A DNA stretch of 24,000 nucleotides from Klebsiella phage vB_Ko_K41P2, in sequence record OY979424.1; one strand, written 5' to 3'. The translations under genes and the position numbers were made by a program. The notes under the pieces were generated by a model, which had not been told where the DNA came from, ran no database searches, and saw nothing but the letters and a program-made list of their open reading frames with translations. Positions 1 through 7,387 of the stretch are shown here, in pieces (position 1 is the first letter of the stretch; each line of letters starts with the position of its first letter).

Positions 1-2
1 AT

Positions 3-464
3 TCCGAATATCAAAAGGTTCTGGCCCGTAATGGCGATCCTTTACAATCCATGCTGGATTTACAAAACCATGCACAACAAAGCCTGTCTGATACCCTGCA
101 TTGGGTTCCGCGTCCGGATAATCTGGAAACTTGTGGAGAAATCCTTGATTGGCTGAAACTGCAAGACGACGCGATCGCCGATGAAACCCGCGAATTGTAT
201 ACCGCTCTGGGTGGAATGTCTCGCGGTGTTAAACCTGCTTCCGGTGTTTGGAAACCGTGGAAAGCAAATCACCAGGAATTGCGCAATACTAAATTTGCGG
301 ATCTGAGTGAAGAGGATCGTTTAGAAGTTCTGTTTGAGATGATCGACCAATTCCACTTTGTACTATGTAAGTTTATTGCATTGGGTATGGATGCAGAAAC
401 AATTTATAAGATGTACGCTCTTAAACAAGCCGAAAATCTTCGTCGTTGGGCCAACAGCTATTGA
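3..464 (+). CDS. 56: dCTPase/dUTPase, T4 gp56-like (5' partial; ORF is open through the left window edge)
   Basis: Frame is open from nt 3 (SEYQKVLARNGDPLQSMLDLQ...), so the listed Met at 51 is probably internal. All-alpha NTP pyrophosphatase signature: ETRELYTALGGMSRG..., WKPWKANHQ, FEMIDQFHFVLCKFIALGMDAETIYKMYALKQAEN near the C-terminus. Confidence 0.9.
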   Translation, partial: SEYQKVLARNGDPLQSMLDLQNHAQQSLSDTLHWVPRPDNLETCGEILDWLKLQDDAIADETRELYTALGGMSRGVKPASGVWKPWKANHQELRNTKFADLSEEDRLEVLFEMIDQFHFVLCKFIALGMDAETIYKMYALKQAENLRRWANSY

Positions 465-1117
465 TTATTAGCCCACTCAACCCAATCGGTATCTTCGTAA
501 GGGTTCCACCCCTTTTTGAATAACTCGATTGATGTTCTAGGAACACGGGAGATTGTTGCAATTTGCAATTCTTGTAGCATTCTCTTGTGTCCTTGTCTTT
601 TATAGATTCCAGCTTTAATATCGTTAATATACCAGTCATAGAAAATCCCAGCATACCTCCATTCATGCTTTCCTTTCATTGTTATTTGATTTCTCCAGGG
701 TTTTTGACCATAAGCAGGATGATTATCACCGCGTAACCCATACATAGAGTTTTTGTCTCCCCTATGGGATTCTGACATCTTTTTGCGTTGTTCTTCTGTT
801 GCCTTTGTCCCTGTCCTGTCTTTTGATATCTGAGATATCCACTTTCTGCGGATCCATCCATATGCTTTATTATTTCTCTGTGTTGCGTTGACGCACATCA
901 TATTAGCAGCATATATCAACTTATTATTGTGTGGATACATCTTGACAAGAAGTTGATGGGCTACATAATGTTCTTCTGCGGTAAGTTCTACTAAATTATC
1001 ATGATCGTCACAACCTCCCATACATCGGGGGATGATATGATGCTTTTCTGTGTAACAATTTAGTGTTCTATCTCTTGCTTTTTCTATAAGATTGGTGTAA
1101 ATTTTACGGTAGTCCAT
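458..1117 (-). CDS. HNH homing-type endonuclease (free-standing)
   Basis: HNH core TEKHHIIPRCMGGCDDHDNLVELTAEEHYVAHQLL, then NUMOD3-like RGDKNSMYGLRGDNHPAYG. AAGGA Shine-Dalgarno upstream of ATG at 1117. Confidence 0.9.
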   Translation of the reverse strand: MDYRKIYTNLIEKARDRTLNCYTEKHHIIPRCMGGCDDHDNLVELTAEEHYVAHQLLVKMYPHNNKLIYAANMMCVNATQRNNKAYGWIRRKWISQISKDRTGTKATEEQRKKMSESHRGDKNSMYGLRGDNHPAYGQKPWRNQITMKGKHEWRYAGIFYDWYINDIKAGIYKRQGHKRMLQELQIATISRVPRTSIELFKKGWNPYEDTDWVEWANNQ

Positions 1118-1301
1118 CGATGGTGTTCCTTAGTAGATGTTTTGTTGCTGGGGTAATCCATCCGATAGGATGTCTATTTTTCATTAATTGAACTATCTGT
1201 TCGATAGGAAAAGTGTATTTGAACGTGTAGATATCTCCTTCAAATACGGGAGTTGTTGTATAATGAGCATGAACAACTATTGTGCTTACGGTCGATATCA
1301 T
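1104..1301 (-). CDS. hypothetical protein, upstream partner of the HNH gene
   Basis: 65 aa ORF with strong SD (AAAGGAGATTATAC-ATG); overlaps the HNH start by 14 nt, suggesting coupling. Confidence 0.65.
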   Translation of the reverse strand: MISTVSTIVVHAHYTTTPVFEGDIYTFKYTFPIEQIVQLMKNRHPIGWITPATKHLLRNTIDGLP

Positions 1302-1521
1302 GTATAATCTCCTTTATTATATTTATAGTATCGATCAATGGCACTTTTTGATGCTAGTAGCTGTTGGGGTTCTTTCTTATGGTGTTTGCGCGATGATCAC
1401 ATATCTTTTCGGTTGGTGTGTGTTTCACGTAAATGGCGTTGAAAGAAAACTTTTACTGATTATACTATCAGTGTTTTGGTTTGTTGGAATATTCTACGTT
1501 TGTTATGAGGGGCGAGAATGA
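1282..1521 (+). CDS. hypothetical small membrane protein (real start may be 1351)
   Basis: Two hydrophobic segments (MLVAVGVLSYGVCAMITYLFGW, KLLLIILSVFWFVGIFYVCY); stop overlaps the next ORF start. The listed start is GTG; ATG at 1351 is also possible. Confidence 0.6.
   Translation: MLTVDIMYNLLYYIYSIDQWHFLMLVAVGVLSYGVCAMITYLFGWCVFHVNGVERKLLLIILSVFWFVGIFYVCYEGRE
1320..1327 (-). promoter_or_regulatory. candidate T4-type late promoter (TATAAATA)
   Basis: Minus strand reads CTATAAATATAATAAAGGAGATTATACATG; perfect TATAAATA octamer 18 nt upstream of the ATG at 1301. Confidence 0.5.
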
Positions 1522-1808
1522 TTACAAAATATTATATCGTCGTTAGTAAGGATAAAGACGGGTTTAAAATTCCCTTCATTAAGGAAGGAGAGTTAACACC
1601 TTTGTTGTTTCTATCTCCGGACGATGCTAACGAGTATAAAAATTCGATTATCAAAGAATATCATGATAAGATGAATCCAGTTAAACAAAGTGGTCTTAGC
1701 CGATTCTTTCGAAAGGAAGAAGTTGAAACCGTAACCGAAAAGAAAAAGAAAGATATGCGTTGGTTTATTGAACACGCAAGTATTCAAGGGGTATTGATTA
1801 AAGTATGA
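1518..1808 (+). CDS. hypothetical protein
   Basis: 96 aa ORF with ATGA overlaps at both ends with neighbouring genes. Confidence 0.75.
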   Translation: MITKYYIVVSKDKDGFKIPFIKEGELTPLLFLSPDDANEYKNSIIKEYHDKMNPVKQSGLSRFFRKEEVETVTEKKKKDMRWFIEHASIQGVLIKV

Positions 1809-3133
1809 GCGAATTAACTTTTGACGATCTGAGCGAAGACCAGAAAAATGCACATGATCGAGTGATTAAAAATATCAGAAACAAAATCCATACTACTATC
1901 ACAGGTGGGCCGGGTGTTGGTAAAACTACTCTGGTAAAATTTGTGTTTGAAACATTGAAAAAACTGGGTATTAGTGGGATCTGGTTGACAGCACCGACGC
2001 ACCAGGCTAAAAACGTTCTCTCTGAGGCGGTGGGTATGGATGCAACGACCATTCACTCAGCACTGAAAATCAGCCCCGTAACCAACGAAGAGTTACGAGT
2101 ATTTGAACAGCAAAAAGGCAAAAAAGCCGCTGATCTGTCTGAATGTCGTGTGTTTGTGGTTGAAGAAGTCTCGATGGTTGACAAAGAACTATTCCGGATA
2201 ATTAAGCGTACTATTCCGAGTTGTGCGGTGATCCTGGGATTGGGTGATAAGGATCAGATCCGTCCTGTTAATACCGAAGGGATCACTGAACTTTCACCGT
2301 TCTTTGATGAGGAAATTTTTGATGTCATTCGCATGGATAAGATTATGCGTCAGGCAGAAGGAAACCCAATCATCCAGGTATCACGCGCTATACGCGACGG
2401 TAAGCCGTTAATGCCCCTCATGAATGGTGAACTAGGGGTAATGAAGCACGAAAACGCTGGCGACTTCCTGAGACGTTATTTTAGCCGTGTTAAGACTCCG
2501 GATGACCTGAACAATAACCGTATGTTTGCTTACACTAACGCAAACGTAGACAAGTTAAACGCAGTGATCCGTAAACACTTGTACAAAACTGATCAGCCGT
2601 TCATTGTTGGTGAAGTGGTTGTGATGCAAGAACCGTTAGTGACAGAAGGCCGTGTGAATGGGGTTTCGTTTGTTGAAGTTATCTATAACAACAACGAGCA
2701 AATTAAAATCCTTGAAATCATACCGCGTTCTGATACTATCAAAGCTGACCGATGCGATCCGGTACAAATCGATTATTTCTTGATGAAAACAGAATCGATG
2801 TTCGAGGATACGAAAGCGGATATTCAGGTTATCGCGGATCCGGTTATGCAGGAACGTTTAGGCGATTATTTGAACTACGTCGCGTTTCAGTATAAAAAGA
2901 TGAAACAGGAAACCGGATACAAAGCCCCCTGGTATTCGTTCTGGCAAATCAAAAACAAGTTCCAGACGGTTAAGGCGCTTCCGGTTTGTACGTATCACAA
3001 AGGTCAGGGAAGCACGTATGATCATTCATACATGTATACGCGCGATGCATACGCATACGCCGATTATGAATTGTGTAAGCAGTTGCTTTATGTAGGAACT
3101 ACCCGCGCACGATTCACTGTTGATTATGTCTAA
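1805..3133 (+). CDS. dda: Dda-like DNA helicase (SF1, RecD-like)
   Basis: Walker A GGPGVGKTTL, Walker B VVEEVSMVD, APTHQAKN, GLGDKDQIRPV, KALPVCTYHKGQGSTYDHSYMYTR, QLLYVGTTRAR; collinear with T4 Dda. Confidence 0.97.
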   Translation: MSELTFDDLSEDQKNAHDRVIKNIRNKIHTTITGGPGVGKTTLVKFVFETLKKLGISGIWLTAPTHQAKNVLSEAVGMDATTIHSALKISPVTNEELRVFEQQKGKKAADLSECRVFVVEEVSMVDKELFRIIKRTIPSCAVILGLGDKDQIRPVNTEGITELSPFFDEEIFDVIRMDKIMRQAEGNPIIQVSRAIRDGKPLMPLMNGELGVMKHENAGDFLRRYFSRVKTPDDLNNNRMFAYTNANVDKLNAVIRKHLYKTDQPFIVGEVVVMQEPLVTEGRVNGVSFVEVIYNNNEQIKILEIIPRSDTIKADRCDPVQIDYFLMKTESMFEDTKADIQVIADPVMQERLGDYLNYVAFQYKKMKQETGYKAPWYSFWQIKNKFQTVKALPVCTYHKGQGSTYDHSYMYTRDAYAYADYELCKQLLYVGTTRARFTVDYV

Positions 3134-3147
3134 GGGCTTCGGCCCTT
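3132..3147 (+). other. intercistronic C(UUCG)G hairpin overlapping the dda stop codon
   Basis: AAGGGC-TTCG-GCCCTT, then TGAGG SD-like sequence; only a short T run. Confidence 0.6.
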
Positions 3148-3157
3148 TGAGGTTATT

Positions 3158-3466
3158 ATGAAAATTATTGTTAAAGTCAAAGATGTAGAAAAGATTTTGC
3201 GAGAAGTTGACCGTATTGGTAGAGAGGGGCTTGATTATCTCGAAGGGTTCAATTCTATCGATATCAATTTGTTGTTTGCAAAATTGCGCTGCGTTGTCAA
3301 CGCAAACAAAGAAGTTGGGTTATACTGTCCTAACGGGCCGACCTACACGTGGGGAAACATTTCACAAGATATCGAATTCACTTTTGAAGAGTATGCAGTG
3401 ATCATTGATACTTTGAAAATGGGTCGTAACATTCGTGAAAACAAAAACATGCTTGAGGGGTTTTAA
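3158..3466 (+). CDS. hypothetical protein
   Basis: 102 aa ORF, SD TTTGAGG upstream, abuts next ORF. Confidence 0.75.
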   Translation: MKIIVKVKDVEKILREVDRIGREGLDYLEGFNSIDINLLFAKLRCVVNANKEVGLYCPNGPTYTWGNISQDIEFTFEEYAVIIDTLKMGRNIRENKNMLEGF

Positions 3467-3751
3467 ATGAATATTCACCTTCCGCGCCTTTATGCTGAAT
3501 TGGTTGCCGATCTGATTTTGAAAAGTGATCGTTCTACAATGGAAGATTACCACGATTGGGAACATCTGGACAATTTTGCAGAGGCTGTAGAAAACATGAT
3601 CCGACTGGAAAAATCGATTGCTCGTTGTGGGCTTCGTCAGTTCGGGATGATGGCAGTAACTCCAGACATGATCAAATCCGTTGATGTTACTCCGGAAGTC
3701 GCGCTATCATTGGCCTATTTCATGGAATCGTATAAGCGGGGTCGCGAATGA
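3467..3751 (+). CDS. hypothetical protein
   Basis: 94 aa ORF starting immediately after the previous stop; overlaps the dexA start (ATGA). Confidence 0.75.
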   Translation: MNIHLPRLYAELVADLILKSDRSTMEDYHDWEHLDNFAEAVENMIRLEKSIARCGLRQFGMMAVTPDMIKSVDVTPEVALSLAYFMESYKRGRE

Positions 3752-4419
3752 GTCATTTACCCGTAGATTTCGTATTTGATTATGAAAGTATTGGCCCGTT
3801 TCCAAAAGGAAAACTAGCTGAACTTAGCTATGTTCCGTTTGTTGATGATCCTTATGATCCGCCTACATTTCAGGAACTGATTGCTAAAGGAAGAAAGTAC
3901 AAATTTGACATCCGGAAACAACCAGAACGCATCAAAGATGAAAAAACGATCGAATGGTGGAAACAGCAATCTAAAGAAGCGCAAAGGGTTTTGTTCCCTT
4001 CCGATATTGACATGGATTTGTACGAAGGTCATCGACAATTCTTTGCTGATTTAGCGGCTGACGGTGTGAGTCGTTGGCAGTCATACGATTATACGCGCGG
4101 CCCTGAATTCGATCGTTCTATGCTAACCGATGTTGTACGAACTATGACAGGGAAACTTGATACGTTTGAAGATATGCCGACCGTGTTCTGGAATAGCCGT
4201 GATGTGCGTACAGCTATTGAAAACCGTTTACTGACTCGCGGAGTGACCACGTGTCCACTGCGTAAAGGCATGTTAGATGGATTCATTCAGCATGATTCAA
4301 TTCATGATTGCGCTAAAGATGCGTTGATGCTAATCTATGCTAAACGTTATGCCCTGGGGCTGGAAGAACCTCCATCCTTAGAAGAGACAGACGAAAACAG
4401 CATAGGAAAGAAACGATGA
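3748..4419 (+). CDS. dexA: DexA-like 3'-5' exonuclease (exonuclease A)
   Basis: DEDD-type motif FVFDYES; TIEWWKQQSKEAQ, WNSRDVRTAIENRLL, TTCPLRKGMLDGFIQHDSIHDCAKDALMLIYAKRYALGLEEPPS match T4 DexA. Confidence 0.95.
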   Translation: MSHLPVDFVFDYESIGPFPKGKLAELSYVPFVDDPYDPPTFQELIAKGRKYKFDIRKQPERIKDEKTIEWWKQQSKEAQRVLFPSDIDMDLYEGHRQFFADLAADGVSRWQSYDYTRGPEFDRSMLTDVVRTMTGKLDTFEDMPTVFWNSRDVRTAIENRLLTRGVTTCPLRKGMLDGFIQHDSIHDCAKDALMLIYAKRYALGLEEPPSLEETDENSIGKKR

Positions 4420-4697
4420 TCACATTAACTATTATGGATCGCCATTACTACGGGAACACGATTAACGAAGCGAAAGCAAAAGCCTTTGATGATATCATTA
4501 ACCAGGATCTGGTTAAGATTGAATCTGATCGCTATGTCGTGCAACCAGGCGATAGCCTATATTCTATAGCAAAGAAACTGTATGGTGTTGGTGAACTTTG
4601 GCCTGATATCGCTAAAATCAACCGTGATTCTATTCCGGATGCACGTCTGATCCATCCTGGTATAGTTCTTCGATTGCCAAAACTAGTAAAAATTTAA
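4416..4697 (+). CDS. small LysM-domain protein
   Basis: C-terminal LysM: YVVQPGDSLYSIAKKLYGVGELWPDIAKINRDSIPDARLIHPGIVLRLP; ATGA overlap with dexA. Confidence 0.9.
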   Translation: MITLTIMDRHYYGNTINEAKAKAFDDIINQDLVKIESDRYVVQPGDSLYSIAKKLYGVGELWPDIAKINRDSIPDARLIHPGIVLRLPKLVKI

Positions 4698-4703
4698 AAC
4701 AAA

Positions 4704-4725
4704 GCCCTTGACTTCGGTTGAGGGC
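4704..4725 (+). terminator. rho-independent terminator with UUCG tetraloop
   Basis: GCCCTTGAC-TTCG-GTTGAGGGC followed by TTTTG; 9 bp stem including wobble pairs. Confidence 0.85.
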
Positions 4726-4737
4726 TTTTGTTATATT
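4708..4737 (+). promoter_or_regulatory. sigma70-like promoter embedded in terminator
   Basis: TTGACT (4708-4713) - 18 nt - TATATT (4732-4737). Confidence 0.6.
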
Positions 4738-4760
4738 GGGTTCTCAGAAAGGAGATTGAT

Positions 4761-4910
4761 ATGAATTTTACTAAATTTGAAATCCGGTTGTTGATTACGC
4801 TGGCTTTTTGCGGAGCTGTATCATTGATTAGTTTGTTAACGTATATCGCTGTAAGAACAACGATATGGCTTCATGACTGGTTTACTGTACTTGACACAAT
4901 TAAGGGGTGA
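4761..4910 (+). CDS. hypothetical small membrane protein
   Basis: Track start 4728 lies inside the promoter; AAAGGAG SD precedes ATG 4761 (MNFTKFEIRLLITLAFCGAVSL...). Confidence 0.75.
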   Translation: MNFTKFEIRLLITLAFCGAVSLISLLTYIAVRTTIWLHDWFTVLDTIKG

Positions 4911-4913
4911 TTT

Positions 4914-5138
4914 ATGCGTATAGCGATTATTGGGGCGGCGTTGGGTGTAATTGGCGACCGTTTAGTAAACTGTATGATCGAAGAGTTAAAGTCACCACCC
5001 TATCCATTTTCGATGGAATGGAACAACCAATTTCCTAATTTGGTTGGGGAAGAACCCACGATCCATAAAGTCAAACCATACCGAAATCCGGTTGTGTCTA
5101 AATCATTGCATCGTCAATCAGTAAACAGGGGTAAATGA
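4914..5138 (+). CDS. hypothetical protein
   Basis: AAGGGGTGATTT-ATG; ATGA-type overlap with next ORF. Confidence 0.7.
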   Translation: MRIAIIGAALGVIGDRLVNCMIEELKSPPYPFSMEWNNQFPNLVGEEPTIHKVKPYRNPVVSKSLHRQSVNRGK

Positions 5139-5437
5139 TGTCAGAATTTGCGTTAGCTATCCTTGTCGTGATTGTTGTAATGGGTTCGATCCTGTTTTGT
5201 CGCATGTATCAGTTAGATGATACACAGGAATGGTTGGACATTAACGAAAAACAGTTTCGTAAGCACTTTGCAGGTGAATTTGTTTTTGTGAAATTTCGTA
5301 GTGACTACAAGGTCGAGTTTGAGTTTGACGGAAAAGGGAACAACTACCACATAATCACTTCTGTTATTGATGCAAAGAAAATCTTTGATAAGACACAGGG
5401 CGGCGGGATCCGTAAATTACTCAAAGAAATAAAATAG
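5135..5437 (+). CDS. hypothetical protein, N-terminal TM segment
   Basis: 100 aa ORF; ALAILVVIVVMGSILFCRMY hydrophobic N-terminus. Confidence 0.75.
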   Translation: MMSEFALAILVVIVVMGSILFCRMYQLDDTQEWLDINEKQFRKHFAGEFVFVKFRSDYKVEFEFDGKGNNYHIITSVIDAKKIFDKTQGGGIRKLLKEIK

Positions 5438-5454
5438 CATTTTTTGTTAAAGAA

Positions 5455-5480
5455 GCCTCTTGCATTGCGGGAGGCTTTTT
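5455..5480 (+). terminator. rho-independent terminator
   Basis: GCCTC...GAGGC stem followed by TTTTT. Confidence 0.7.
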
Positions 5481-5495
5481 GGTATCTTGTATTCA
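5460..5495 (+). promoter_or_regulatory. sigma70-like promoter with ATCGAAAC start element, -35 inside terminator
   Basis: TTGCAT (5460-5465) - 17 nt - TATCTT (5483-5488); predicted start at A5495 of ATCGAAACGAAAC. Confidence 0.6.
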
Positions 5496-5525
5496 TCGAA
5501 ACGAAACAGAGAAAGGAATACGAAA

Positions 5526-5789
5526 ATGGTTAAAGTAAAATATGCAGCACACGTTAAAGCAGGTGAGATTGTTGGTTTGACTTTCGGCGCTGAAATTGGT
5601 TCTCAGTGGGCGCTGGTTGAAAAGGTTGAAGACCTGGGCGATAAAGTAGCAATCACTGTGAAAATGCAAAAACGTTTTACTAACCGTCCTGTAATCACTA
5701 AGAAAGTGAAGAAGGAAAAACGTGTTAATACTCAGACTTTCGAAGAATTCATGAACTGGTGCAAAATGTATAAACTGGATACCTACTAA
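5526..5789 (+). CDS. hypothetical small basic protein
   Basis: Track start (TTG 5460) is the -35 box; AAAGGAATACGAAA-ATG at 5526 gives MVKVKYAAHVKAGEIVGLTF... (87 aa). Confidence 0.8.
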   Translation: MVKVKYAAHVKAGEIVGLTFGAEIGSQWALVEKVEDLGDKVAITVKMQKRFTNRPVITKKVKKEKRVNTQTFEEFMNWCKMYKLDTY

Positions 5790-5826
5790 TAGCACTTTTT
5801 GTTAAAACATTCTGGGGTAGCTTTGG

Positions 5827-5846
5827 TATAGTTACCCCATCGAAAC
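5827..5846 (+). promoter_or_regulatory. promoter -10 plus conserved ATCGAAAC start element
   Basis: TATAGT (5827-5832), then ATCGAAAC at 5839-5846 with the same spacing as the other copies; no good -35. Confidence 0.5.
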
Positions 5847-5862
5847 AAGGGAGGAAATTATT

Positions 5863-6087
5863 ATGATGGTTAACGGTTCTCTTTATCAACAAGCAGTTGC
5901 ACAATGGAAACAGAAAGTTCAGGATGCAGAACGCGGGATCGCTTATTGTGATGAAGCGTTGGCAAGCAATCTTGAAAACTGGGAACGCAAAGAGTACGAG
6001 AAAGTTAAGCAACGCCATTTGAACGAACTCCCTGCATTAAAAGAACACTTAAAATATTTGATGGATAACGAAAAAAGCCTTGCATAG
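5863..6087 (+). CDS. hypothetical, coiled-coil-like protein
   Basis: 74 aa ORF with GGGAGGAAATTATT-ATG SD. Confidence 0.75.
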   Translation: MMVNGSLYQQAVAQWKQKVQDAERGIAYCDEALASNLENWERKEYEKVKQRHLNELPALKEHLKYLMDNEKSLA

Positions 6088-6115
6088 AATAACCATCTTT
6101 GATATAGTACTTACA
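6080..6115 (+). promoter_or_regulatory. sigma70-like promoter with ATCGAAAC start element
   Basis: TTGCAT (6080-6085) - 17 nt - TATAGT (6103-6108); predicted start at A6115 of ATCGAAACGAAACAC. The -35 overlaps the stop codon of the upstream gene. Confidence 0.65.
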
Positions 6116-6146
6116 TCGAAACGAAACACACTTTAGGAGATATACC

Positions 6147-6476
6147 ATGAACACTTTCGAAATCCTCGCAGAAAAAGCAGCCCCTTTCATGGAAGCAATG
6201 TACAAAGCGCGTAACGCTCGTTTCCAAGATTCTCCTTTCGAAACTGTTTTCTTTCTGGAGAAAGGCCGCAAATATCATCGCGTTGTTCAGGATACACGCA
6301 ACAAAGAAACTGGTGAAATGTTCAATCAGCGTTCTGTTGCCGCCTTCATCGATAATGATGGTAATATCCTGAAACCTGCAAGCTGGAAAGCACCAGCAAA
6401 AGGCATTCGTGGTAATATCTTCAATGACGCAGACCGCGCGATTGACCAAAGCGGTTATGTGGTTTATCTTCGTTAA
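6147..6476 (+). CDS. hypothetical protein
   Basis: 109 aa ORF, TTTAGGAGATATACC-ATG. Confidence 0.85.
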   Translation: MNTFEILAEKAAPFMEAMYKARNARFQDSPFETVFFLEKGRKYHRVVQDTRNKETGEMFNQRSVAAFIDNDGNILKPASWKAPAKGIRGNIFNDADRAIDQSGYVVYLR

Positions 6477-6477
6477 C

Positions 6478-6497
6478 AAAGGGGCTTCGGCCCTTTT
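6478..6497 (+). terminator. terminator hairpin with UUCG tetraloop
   Basis: AAAGGGGC-TTCG-GCCCTTTTT immediately after the TAA. Confidence 0.8.
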
Positions 6498-6515
6498 TCT
6501 TAAAAGGAATATAGC

Positions 6516-7112
6516 ATGAGTAACAAAAACGAAGACGCTAAAATCTGGAAAGCTGTAGGGGTTATGGCTGTAATCGCTGTTGTGGGTTACTATGCGTATA
6601 ATTCCTGGCAAGAAACGATTGATGCGCAAGTACAGGAACAACAAAAAGCCGACGCAATCGAACAGCATAACCAGCTTATGCAATTGCGCTCGCTGGGATA
6701 TACCACGAAGGAAGATTTTAAAAATTCCTTTGGTGACTATACCGGATCCCTTTATACCGCCTGGGGAATGACTGACGGCGATTACATGTACATTGAAACA
6801 GATCGTTATAATGTCCCACAAAGTGTATGTTTCTATAGTACGCCGAGAGACAACGGCAAAATCACGTCATACGCACCAGAATTCAAAACGATTTCTGTTG
6901 ATATGAAGATTGACGGGGGAGAAACCCTATCATTTGCCGCTAAAGGAAACAACGGATCCGAGCGGTTGTGTCTTCTTTCTCCTACTCGTTTCTTACGCAA
7001 CATTCAAGACGCGAGTAATTTAAAAATTGCTTTACCATACATCAACCATTATGATATTGTTGATGAAGTAAAAGAATGGAACGTATCGCAAATCGGGGTG
7101 AAATTCAAATGA
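6516..7112 (+). CDS. hypothetical membrane-anchored protein
   Basis: N-terminal TM VGVMAVIAVVGYYAYNSW; AAAAGGAATATAGC-ATG. Confidence 0.85.
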   Translation: MSNKNEDAKIWKAVGVMAVIAVVGYYAYNSWQETIDAQVQEQQKADAIEQHNQLMQLRSLGYTTKEDFKNSFGDYTGSLYTAWGMTDGDYMYIETDRYNVPQSVCFYSTPRDNGKITSYAPEFKTISVDMKIDGGETLSFAAKGNNGSERLCLLSPTRFLRNIQDASNLKIALPYINHYDIVDEVKEWNVSQIGVKFK

Positions 7113-7387
7113 GAAAAGCACGTAAAACTAATGCAGTGTTGATGATTAACGGTGAAGTAGGAAAACCTTGCACCAATTCTAAATTCATGCACATTGCAGG
7201 GCTTCCGGGCATGACGCTTAAAACGTCGTATGATACCCATTACAACGAAGAAACTACTTCGGTATACATGGGAGAAGATCTAATGGCTGAACGCATCATG
7301 CAATGCATTCACTTCCCTGGTGAACGTCCTTCAATTGATTGTTATATTTTTGGCTACCATAAAGGTATTGTAAATGAATCTGTATAA
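7109..7387 (+). CDS. hypothetical protein
   Basis: Start moved from 7076 to ATG 7109 (ATGA overlap with upstream stop), 92 aa. Confidence 0.75.
   Translation: MRKARKTNAVLMINGEVGKPCTNSKFMHIAGLPGMTLKTSYDTHYNEETTSVYMGEDLMAERIMQCIHFPGERPSIDCYIFGYHKGIVNESV

Noticed and set aside
458-1301. Group I intron carrying the HNH gene in gene 56
   Set aside because: The gp56-like reading frame appears to reach its normal C-terminus before the HNH gene and there is no second exon downstream; the HNH gene is antisense, so a free-standing homing endonuclease fits better.
1611-2056. Minus-strand ORFs 1611-1853, 1798-2052 and 1814-2056
   Set aside because: Antisense to ORF 1518-1808 and dda, with no supporting signals.
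3071-3100. MotA-box-like TTGCTTTA
   Set aside because: Lies inside the dda coding sequence near its end with no -10 at the right distance that I could identify.
6111-6821. 236 aa minus-strand ORF opposite two plus-strand genes
   Set aside because: It is antisense to 6147-6476 and 6516-7112, which have good SDs and plausible proteins; it runs through a terminator hairpin and promoter and has odd composition.
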